Source: Macrostomum lignano | Lineage: Eukaryota | NCBI GenBank assembly: GCA_002269645.1 | Contig: NIVC01004209.1 | Location: forward strand, 1 to 55,052 | Length of the DNA: 55,052 nt | Direction of reading: 5' to 3' | Shown: piece by piece, positions 36,695 through 47,143 of the stretch | Layout: the number at the start of each line of letters is the position of its first letter | Numbering within the stretch: position 1 is the first letter of the stretch | Made by a program: the position numbers and the translations under genes | The notes under the pieces: model-generated | What the model saw: only the letters and a program-made list of their open reading frames with translations | Database searches by the model: none | What the model was told of the DNA's origin: nothing

Positions 36695-37612
36695 AGTACT
36701 GGAAAAAAGACTGGCGTGGGCTTTTAAACTTATTTTTTATTTTGTTCGGGCGTATAGTGAAATTGTTAAGAACAGAGTTGGTTATATATACTATAGTGTA
36801 CAGTGGCCAAAACCAGATAATGGCTGGCTGATCCACCACCCCAAATTTGCTGTTTTTTCACCCCCAAATCTCTAGTTATCTCTAGCACTGATTGGCTCAC
36901 CCTGTCGGCTTTTGATTCCTGAGTTATTTCTAACCAATCACCTAACTCCCCAGCCCAGCCTAATAAGCCTATATTTTGTTTTCAGTGGACAATGAGGGTG
37001 AGACATCATACTTTAATCACCTCATTATTGATTTTATCTGGAGTCTCTCTACCTCTGTCGTGAAAATTTAGCTACAAAATGCACTTTTAAGTTTAAGTGT
37101 AAGTTTCAGTTTTGTTTTGTAAAAAATAACAAAAGTATTTGTTATTATATCTGTTAGTATTTGTTCTTGTAGTCCAAAAAATCAATAACTTTCCGCGGCA
37201 CGCGTAAACAGCCCAAATAAAGTAATTGCATGAAAAAAGTCTCAGCGATCCAGTTCGACCCAGCGGAGGGGTTGGCGCTGACTGCAGCCCCCAATCGACC
37301 CCAGCCTAAACCAGCGGACCAATCAGAGGCCACCAAAATTATAAAGGTGGCTAAAATTTACAAACAGGGGTGACTAAAAAATGGAATAGAGTGGACGGTA
37401 AGAAAAAGGCTATAACAGAAAGTCGAGATGCTGACCAATCAGACGGCAGCGAGAAAATATTGAGAGTTGTTTTGGTACGAAGGGGTGGCTGCAGGGCTGC
37501 AATATATAATAAAAACAAACTGCAAATGCAGTAAACTTTTCGCCTCAACTGTTTCAAGTCAAGCATCACTTTTATCTACTTTTAACTTAGATTCTTTAAG
37601 TAACGAAGAGAA
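36695..37612. promoter_or_regulatory. Putative bidirectional promoter (ZK2 / RPA copy 2)
   Basis: At least five CCAAT/ATTGG boxes and TATA-like motifs near both ends (36783-36795, 37340, 37502-37510). Confidence 0.55.
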
Positions 37613-39260
37613 ATGGAATCAAACCCTACGCCAGCCCAGAAGGTCAAATTCAGCATCTCTGCTCTTCTGCCCGGCTTGATGGATTCACCGGTCGTTGGTC
37701 TGATAACGAGACTGACAAAAATCCACGCCTACGAGAACAACAAAGCTGGATCAGGCCAAGTGTTCTCCTTCACTTTGACTGACGAGACTGCAGACATCAG
37801 AGTGAGCGTTTTTGGCAAGGACCTGAAGTCATTGCTGGAAATGTGCCAAACGGTCGAGACAGTGCGCATTTCTGGAGGCTGGATCAAAAAGGCTGACCCA
37901 AGGTACAACACTACGGAAAACGAGTATGAGATGAGCGTCTCAGTTGACAAAAGCGGCACCATCATGACTTCAAACGAGACGGTCAACAGGCGTTCCCGGG
38001 ACTACAGGAGGATATCGGAAATTTCTGCATGCCAAATGAAAACGTAAATATCTTGCACTTTATGCCTTTATTTTTTTTTATACATTTTCCTCGTGCTTTG
38101 CTTTACTTTAGGGTTAGGGTTAGGGTTAAGCTAGGGTTACGGTTAGAGTTAGGCTGAGGTTAGGGTTAAAAGCTTGACCGATTTTTTAAGATTTCAAGGC
38201 TTAATGGGGAGGGGAGCATCGATGAGATGTCAAGGGGGGGGAATTGATATGCTAAGGCTTGTGGGGGGAATTGCTAACATGCCAAGGCTTACAAGGGACT
38301 GCTGAGGTATTGCAAAGAGACGCTACATGTAGTTTATTAAAAAACTTGTAATGCATTTTTTGGCTGCCCAACGGGGGGCGCTGATTGCTAGTCATTCAGC
38401 TAAATTTGCCCTACTCAAAAACTTTCACCGTACGACAGGAAAGTTGACGTTCGTGGCATCATTTCTGCAGTTGAGAAGCCAAAGGAAGTAAAAACTGGTG
38501 CCGGAAAGCTCGTCGATTTAGCAAAAGTTACCATCGTTGATCGGTCCGGGTCCTCTGTGTCCTGCACTTTTTGGGCCAGTTCTTCTGCGCAGGTGAATAA
38601 TTGGTCTATCGGCGACATTCTCGCGATTCATGGCTCTCAAGTCCAAGAGTACGCCCAGATGATAAGCCTCGGCTGTTCGCAAGCAGAAGTGCATCACTGG
38701 CCAGAAAATTCGCAAGAGTTCTCCGACCTAACCGAGTGGTACAACGGCGCCACAGCTAGCCAGCAGCATTTCGAGGCTGTGCGAGCGACACAGATTCCAC
38801 CACCTGAGCAGCAAGCATCACATGATGAAGAAATGACATTACACTACCCCGAACGAATGTTTCACCAGTTTAACAACATGCGAAGAATAAGACTGCGTTT
38901 CGGAAGCAAAGAGGTTAGTTTATTTCGAAAATGTTTGTTCACTTTAGTTTAATCAAAGGCAGTTATTATTGTATACTTCTTATGAGTGTTCACTTCAATT
39001 TAATCAAAGACAGTTATAATTATATACTTTTCAAACCGAATCCCACTTCACAGGTAACATTTTCACGAGATTCGAACAGCTGGAATCAGCAGATGCCCAC
39101 AGGCTCTACACCTAGGCCTCTGTACACGAGTGACATGTCTCAGCAGAACAGCTGGAATCAGCAGGTACCCACAGGCTCTACACCTAGAACTCCGTACACT
39201 GGTGACTCGAGCACTCGAAATCAAGAATTTTTGACATCACCAGCAGAAGATGAAGACTAA
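37613..39260 (+). CDS. RPA70-like ssDNA-binding protein, copy 2, 3 exons, 370 aa
   Basis: Exons 37613-38043, 38439-38913, 39054-39260; frame intact; intron positions and phases (2, 0) match the other copies. Confidence 0.85.
38110..38391 (+). mobile_element. Helitron 3'-end fragment (E6-type) in intron 1 of the RPA-like gene, opposite orientation to the array
   Basis: Ends hairpin-gctgattgCTAG|T at 38388-38391. Reverse complement matches the E6 3' end (ctagcaatc..cgccccccgttggg.agccaaa..aatgca). Left edge is a TTAGGG-like run. Confidence 0.75.
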
Positions 39261-39623
39261 TTTTTTCTTTTTGAATTTCTTCAAACTGAATTCGAACAGA
39301 TATCAATCAGAAAATTTTTTCCTCAACCTCTATTTCTGTGCTGTTGTCTTTTAACTTTCGCAAATTTTGAATTTCTTCAAACTGAATTCGAACAGATATC
39401 AATCAGAACATTTTTTCCTCAACCTCTATTTCTGTGCTGTTGTCTTTTAACTTTCGCAAATTTATGCCTCAAAATGCAACTAAAGATATATTTAAGATCT
39501 AAAAATCCATTTTAAATTTGTAACTGTAGAAGGGCTTGAATAATATCACCTTTTTTACTTACAGTAGTAATAAGTAATAATCACGCAAAATTCGCTAGCA
39601 GTTTGACAAGTTTGAATATTTTT

Positions 39624-41454
39624 ATTTGCATCAATTTGCGACGGAGCCTACGTCTTAAATTCGATAAATAAAAATGATTTCCGGGAAAACTTTTACCCAA
39701 GGCGTAGGCTCTGAATATTTGTCTTTGTCTTTATTTTTCAACTGTTGTTAAACAGTCGGACAAAGGTTTATAGTAGAAGAAGATAATTTTTAAGATACAG
39801 GCTTTAACAGTATAATATTTAGATAATAAAATAATAAGTAATACTAAAAAGAGCAAGTTTTAAATTTCGAATGCAATACGATGCATTGAAACTTCTTATT
39901 AATTCAAAAAGATAAATGAACGAGTAAGAACCGCTGAGCGTAGGGGAAAAGAATAAAACGAAAGTTAGTGTTGTTTAGTAATAAACGAGTACAGTAATTT
40001 ATTGATTTACCAATTTAATAGTTAAACAATATTCAAGCAGCCACTATAATATTGTAATATTATGCAAATCATGTAACAGTAAAGCTCACTTTCTCAAGGA
40101 AATTTTCCGTTCGTCTCTCCTTCTCGCTCAGATTTTTAGTTTGGCTCTCTTTCGTTTGCACTTTTGCTTTTTCTTGGTTCTCCCTATTGTTATCGTTTCT
40201 CAGCCAGTTCAAGAACTCTTTCTCAGCTTTGCAATCATCATTTACTCTGCTTTCGCTGTGAATCCAGGGCGTCGCCAACAGAGGGGTCATCTTTCCCTAG
40301 TAAAAGCTATACGGCCTCACCACCCAACCATGTGACCCAATATTGAAATCAATAGTATTCCTTCGGCGAAAAATATAGTGCCTGCAATTCTGCCGCATTA
40401 ATAATGAAAACTAAGTACGTGTGGGACCAAAATGAGTTTCTGCGGCGCTACAAGTAGTGCCTGCGCTTAAACGAGTGCCTGCGGCGCTAAAATGAGTGCC
40501 AGCGCCTAAATGAGTGCCTGCGGCGCTAAAATGAGTGCCTGCGGCGCCTAAATGAGTGCCTGCGGCGCTAAAATGAGTGCCTGCGGCGCCTAAATGAGTG
40601 CCTGCGGCGCTAAAATGAGTGCCTGCGGCGCTAAAATGAGTGCCAGCGCCAAAATGAGTGCCTGCGGCGCTAAAATGAGTGCCTGCGGCGCTAAAATGAG
40701 TGCCTGCGGCGCTAAAATGAGTGCCTGCGGCGCTAAAATGAGTGCCAGCGCCAAAATGAGTGCCTGCGGCGCCTAAATGAGTGCCTGCGGGGCTAAAATG
40801 AGTGCCTGCGGTGCAAAAATGAGTGTCTGAGGCGCCAAAATAAGTGTCTGCGGTGCCAACATGAGTTTCTGTGGTGCCAAAATGAGTGTCTGAGGCGCCA
40901 AAATAAGTGTCTGCGGTGCCAACATGAGTTTCTGTGGTGCCAAAATGAGTGTCCGCCTGCGGTGCCAAAATAAGTGTCTGCCTGCGGCGCCAAAACGAGT
41001 GTCTGCGGTGCCAAAATGAGTTTCTGTGGTACCAAAATGAGTGTCTGCCGGCGACGCCAAAATAAGCGCCTTAAATGAATCCTTTGACCTTTCTGAAGTT
41101 TGCAATTTTCATTTTCTGCAATTTTGCATTACTCCTTGACTCAGCTTTTGCAAAAATATTTTCTCAGCAATACTCCCATCTAACTCTAATTTTAAGTTAG
41201 ATCTCTCGATCTCATATTTTTATTGGTCTCTTTCTTTCGCGCTAAAATTTTCTGTTCGGCTCTATTTCCTTAGCCTTTGCGCTTTGCCTCAGTCTATTCG
41301 TATTTATTGTTTCGCCAAAGATTAAGAAATGAAGTAAGACAAAAGCTTCATTCAGGGCCTTCGCCTTAGTTAAAATTGACATCTTGCGAGTTTCGTATAT
41401 TATTCAACTTTCAATATATGGAAGACGAAGGCCCCGTCGCAAGTTGATGCAAAT
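39624..41454. mobile_element. Putative non-autonomous TIR element (~1.8 kb) containing minisatellite M9
   Basis: 33-bp inverted repeats at 39624-39656 and 41422-41454 (30/33 identical), with a second mirrored motif at 39699-39713 / 41354-41368. No target-site duplication identified. Confidence 0.45.
40425..41062. repeat. 21-bp minisatellite M9 (aaatgagtgcctgcggcgcta)
   Basis: Tandem array with a gradient of variants. Confidence 0.95.
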
Positions 41455-42071
41455 CGTTTTTTATGAGCTTACAGTCCACAGTTGTTACAGGTGACTTGAG
41501 ATATTTTGGATTTTTGAAAAAAGACTGTCAATCGTAGTTTGCGTAAAAATTCACTCTAAATGTTAAGTTTTTGCACACCTTGGAAAACTAAAAACAAAAT
41601 TGTTTCGTCTTTTGCATAAATTTGCGATATAAAATAGGTAAAGTTAGTATTCGAATTATAATGAAATTTCAGGTGAAAAATAAAAGACAAATTAACTGCT
41701 CATCAAAGACTTAATTCATTCAAAGCAGTGCAAAAGAAGGTTTGTTTCAAAAGTTACTTTCGGCTAATATGAAATTGCCTTAAAATACAAATTAACTGTA
41801 AAATGACTGTAAAAATTAATACAATGAATAAAATAAGCCTAATTGAGCTTCAACATTAAGTTCATCAGCTATTAGCTCGTACTCACTGCCATTGCAATAT
41901 CTACGCTTCGTTAGAAATGAGGTTGGGGCAATAAGTTTCCTGCGATTCTTTTAGGAATGAGAGCTACCACTTTAGAGATATGGGGAAATAATTATTCTAT
42001 TTTTCCTTAAAAATAAATGAATATACTTTCTAGCCTTTTGCATAAGGAAAATTATTGCTCACCCCTCATTT

Positions 42072-45000
42072 TCAGTCTCGCAAGCACCGGTCGACGGCCT
42101 CCAAATCCTTCCGGTTTGTCATAGAAATCTCGTCCCAGACAATTAGATGCACTGTCCGAAATACAGCGGCCTGTTTGGACTGCGCTCCAACAGCGCACAC
42201 GTCTTTGCTCGAACGGATCGCCCGAATTGGTATCTTGAACCTGGCATAGACAAATAGTTTCAGCATGCCGAACATATTTACAGCACACGAAATATTTACA
42301 ACTGCTTTTTGAAATATTAACAATAAATTACTCACGTTGAATGCGCCGTCTGTCCACCTGGCAAAAGAGTCGCTGCGATTCCAGAAGCCGCAACGGCGAG
42401 GGCGACTTCCCCCCGGCTGCGCACGAAGGCTAGCAGAACCTCTAGAAGGAAGGTCTTGCCAGTGCCAGCAGGTGCGTCCAGGAAGTGCAAGCCGCTGGTG
42501 CCGTCCACAAGATTCTGAGTCACGGACTCGTACACCGCTTTCTGCTCATCTGTCAGCATTGGTAAGCGCGCCTCAGTAATCAGTGCCTGCTCAACCGTAT
42601 CAAACTGCATTGGTCCATCTTGAGGTGTCACGGAGGCCGCAGGCAGGCCGTACTCTGGCAGGCTTCTCCCGCCCATGGAGATCAGCATGCTCTGAAGCTC
42701 ACGCAGCGCCAGGTCAGTAATCTCCTCGGTGCTCAAGTCTCGGTGGTGAAACCGCAGGTCCTCGCTGAGATCCTCGGCAAAACTGCACCAGAGGTCGCTG
42801 CCATCCTCAGGCTCACCCCATATGAGAATTACGGCCAGAAGATGTCTCAGGGCTCTTGGCATTCTTGACTGAACGGCCTCAGCTAGACACCGCCGCCAGT
42901 GATCATCTCGCTGCAGCAGGCCAAGGGCCATGCAAGCAGCCTTGGCGCTCGGATGCACAACGCCGTCCACGGTCTGCAGCGCCTCGAAGCTAGTCGGTCC
43001 CCTAACATTCAAAAGGAGCATTCGAACATAAAATAAATCACCTGCTCTTGGACTCACCGTGTACATGCGTGCAACGTTTTTGTTCCGCACTACACCCGGA
43101 TGGCCATCGACTCGCACACCCTGCTTGGCCCGCCGCCACTCTCTTTCGCTGGAGTGCCACACGAAGTAGGACGGCACCTCCGTGTAGAGCAAGGACCCAG
43201 CAAATTCGTCAATACGGCACAGCTTGAAAAATGCCGTCAAAGTCGAATCCTTCGGCGTTCTCGCTTTTGCTCTTGCGGTCCCCTCGTTGAAATACACGAG
43301 CTGCTCTTCCGACTTGTGAACGCAGAGTCGGATGACCGCCGGAAACCTGTTGTGCACCTGATCAGAAAGTGAAAGGAAAATATACAGCCTTTAAGTTTCG
43401 ATGGAAATTCAATTTATACTATGACGAGGTTTCACAGCTCTGGTTAAAATGAGCCAATAATAATTAGAATGCGAATTACTTCAAAGCCCAAGATGGTATT
43501 CACGGCTTCCATTGGACCAATGTAGCGCGCGGACAGGTACTCCTTAATCTCATCACGCCGCGGCTCATTTCGTGTCGTTTGCGTCGGCTGCTGGTTACCC
43601 ACTGCCTGCTCTCTCGGTTCAGTAGAATTCCTATTGGCATCGACTTTGAACGTCGCCATGTCGCCACCCTTTAACAGGTACTTGATCACGTACTTGACCG
43701 ACTTCACAGTGGCGCAAACTTCGACGTTCAAGTGGCACGCAAACTGGAGCAACAGGTCAGGGCTGTACGGAACGACCCACCTGTTTTAATGAAAAAATAA
43801 TATCATTAACTTTCAGAAACAAAAGCTGCAATGCACAACTAAGCAATATATTAGCGTTTGAACTTCCCTGTTGTCCATGCGAATGCTCCGGCCTTTGAAC
43901 AGTTTGTCCACTGTAAATCCGCCCATCTCAGGCGATAGTCTGCGGTACAGTGGGTAGCCAGTATCGCTGGTCAGCGTCACCTGCTGGAACTCTTTCGGAA
44001 AGCCCTTGCTGCATTCGCCATTCTCCATGCAAGGACACGCCGGATTCTCCTTGCCGCAGGGGCCATGGATCATGTGCGTCTTCACCAGCTCATACAGCAC
44101 AGGCTGCTGCTCTGGGTCCGGAATCTCGGCAGACACGATGTCATCGTATCGGTCCGGAGTCACTCGCTGACCGCTCACGAGCCACAGCAGAAAGTGCACA
44201 TGAGGAAGACCTGGAGCGTCAAAAAAAGTATTAAAAAATATCACAAAACCTTTGTAAATCTAAATTTCAATAAATCTTAAAACTTTGATTCTTGCAAGTC
44301 AGAATTTTTACTCACCACGCTTCTGGTACTCCAGTGAGCAAACGTGAGCGGCCTCTTTCCCATAGCGCTTGGTCAACTGGGCCAGCAGAGCTTTCTTCTT
44401 CATTTCAAAGACTCGGCTAACAATGTCGGGCCGGTCTTCTGCCCGCTGTCCAGGCAGAAGCTGAGCGCTGATCTCCGGCCATTTCGGATTGCACGTTGCG
44501 GTGACAAACAGGTCCGGCTTACCGAACTTGTGAACATAGGTCATAGCGTCCTGTAGCCTCTCCATCAGGTACCTTGGCCCGCCAACGAAGCTCGAAGACA
44601 GAAGCACATGCGCGGGCTTGCCTATGTCACTCGGATCTCTGTCGGTAGACCTGCCATCAGCTGCAAACAGAGCGTCCCGCAGACCGCTGTACGTCTCGCT
44701 GCGCAGGTCCTGCTGATGGGTCCGCAAATACAGCAGCCTCTCTGCCTCAATCTTGGCACACATGTCCACCAAGTACTGCTGAAATAATCTTCGGCCATAG
44801 TGCAGCACACTGAACTGGCCCGCTCGCACCATGATTTCGCTCGCATAGTATTTCATGGGCGTCAATTTCTTGCCATTACTCATCAGCAACTCCGGGTGCC
44901 AGCCATCTTCGCCATTCGGGAACAGCAGCACATACTCCAGCGGGTCGTATGAGCGGTGCGTCTCGCTGATTCTCTGGGAACCGCCTCCACGCAGTTGAAT

Positions 45001-47143
45001 CACCACGTCCCGACTGGCCGGTGTGTTCTCATTGTCCTCCACAATCAGGATACCGACCTCGTTCGCCGTAGGCAAGTTGTAGCGCCTTATTTTGAACGGA
45101 GTTTGTGGGATACTGAGTTTGTACAAATTGGATAATTTATTACGCAAAATATCTTATTAGAATGTCTTGCAGACATACCGAATGTGTTCCCCAGATGGTC
45201 GACGGTCAGGGTGAATCACGATTCGCGCATCTCCCAACTCCGGATCTTGACTGATTCGATGAGCGACTGCCCTCAGGCTGCGGACATAGCCGTTGCACTC
45301 GTGAAGCAGCGTCTGCAATAGCTCCAGTAGCTCCGGCTTCACCTTCTGGCTGAGACTCTGGCGGCTTTCAAGTTCGCGATCATTGAAATACACCTGCCAG
45401 CCATGGGGCTCAGCTGAATCCTCTGCAAACAGCGGCGCCGTGTTGTGATGCAACTGGCCGCTGATGATGAAGCTGGGACACCAGCCTGGCACCAACCGCA
45501 GTTTGGCACCCAGCGATGTCAGGTGCAGCGCCGAGTTGTAACTCCGAATGTTGGTCAGGAACTCGGCACTCAGTCTGTGCCGCCCCAGGTACAGATCCGC
45601 CAGCACTTGAGGCACGGTGCGGCTGGGCAGCTTTACCTTGCCTTTGGCGCAGCAGAAATTCCTCGTCTCAGAGCACCAAAGTAATGCACCGCATTGGTCG
45701 CATGCTCTGTCCATTGGGCCACAGTTATGGGCTGGCGCTTCAGGCCTGATAATCCGTTCTGGCCTGTGATTGGAAGGATTAGGATTAGGAAGGATTAATG
45801 GCAAACAGTTTTCCCAGTTAATCTTTCAGTTTACAAAAAAATTTATTGGAATAAAACAACTTGAGTTCGATGACAAATAAATTATGATGACCAGTCACAC
45901 CAATGACCTACCTCTCTTGAGCAGGTCTTGCGCCAAAATGACCTGCACTCTGCTGAGTTAATCTTGGCTCCTCTGCATCTGCAATGGGCTCAGAAACTGA
46001 AATCGGATTAGCAAATCGCAATGACTCATAATGCTCATGACGCAAAAGAATTCGGACGATTGCAATCGGTGGCTGCAAAGGGGACATACAGTACTGCAGT
46101 ACAGTGCCGTTTCTTGATAAATCACCAGATCAACATTAAAACAACGGCTTAAAAGCGGAACAACTTCATCAGGCACATATGTGCCTTCAGAAAAAGAGGA
46201 ATCAACAATGAAATCAGCATTTTCTGGCAAAACAAAGCCTTGTTCAATCAATTCTGGCATAATCTGCACTACACGGCTCGTCAGCTCGTGTCTTAAAGAT
46301 GCCGCATCGGTCTCAAGTGGAGTGCCCTGCAACTGATCACAGACTGCATGAAAAAAACAGTTCCCATCACCAGGAATGCGAATTATGCGCAACGCATCAA
46401 AAGGTACCACAGACGGTGTGGCCAACTCACTACTATCAAACCTGGAATATAGGAAAAAAATTATACACAACTTCATTTGCCGGTAATTAAAGTAGTGACG
46501 AATAAATTTTATGCTACTCTATACTGATCTCTTAAATAAAACTCTTGGAAAGCAATCGACTTGAAAAGATGAGAAAAAATGCACGAAACAGATTCCAGTT
46601 TTTAATTATATGCCCAAGTACCAAAAAAACATCAGCTAAGATAGAAAATACCCCGAATTAGGCACAATGGGCACTTGGATTTTATATAGCTATAAAATAT
46701 ATAGCTCCAATTAAAATGTCATCCTACCTGCCAGCCGACACTCCTCGACGGCGAATTTGCTCGGCTTCCACTCGAGCTCTTCGTTGCTCTTCGGTTTCTG
46801 AAGCGCGTCGCTTCTCCGCACGAGTTCTGTCTCCAGATCTACGCTCTTCTCGCTGAGCCTCAGTTTCAGTTGCCCTTCGCTCAGCCTCCTGCTGCCGGTG
46901 TCCAGCCAGACGCTCTTCCCGCTTAGCCTCAGTTTCAGTTGCCCTTCGCTCAGCATTCTCCTGCCGGAGTCTTGTCAGACGCTCTTCTCGCTGAGACTCA
47001 GTTTCAGTTGCCCTTCGCTCAGCCTCCTGCTGCCGGTGTCCAGCCAGACGCTCTTCTCGCTGAACGGCACTCTCTTGCTGACGCTTCTTCTTGGCATCTC
47101 TGCTCTTCTTCAAAGCGCTGGTGCCACGTCGAGTATTTTGCAA
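42072..47143 (-). pseudogene. Second Helitron OTU-RepHel gene, truncated shortly after helicase motif II
   Basis: Exons (-): about 47143-46728, 46441-45912, 45763-45179, 45085-44316, 44210-43868, 43780-43480, 43357-42336, 42240-42072. Same intron positions as copy 1. No ATG at the expected start, a 1-nt frameshift near 46110, and homology ends at ...DRCLRD-TGA. Confidence 0.9.

Noticed and set aside
39271-39465. ~96-bp tandem duplication downstream of RPA copy 2
   Set aside because: Simple local 3' UTR duplication with no further structure.
40411-41105. AAGTHFS-repeat protein
   Set aside because: Product of the 21-bp minisatellite; frames break at 40968-41035 and there is no convincing start.
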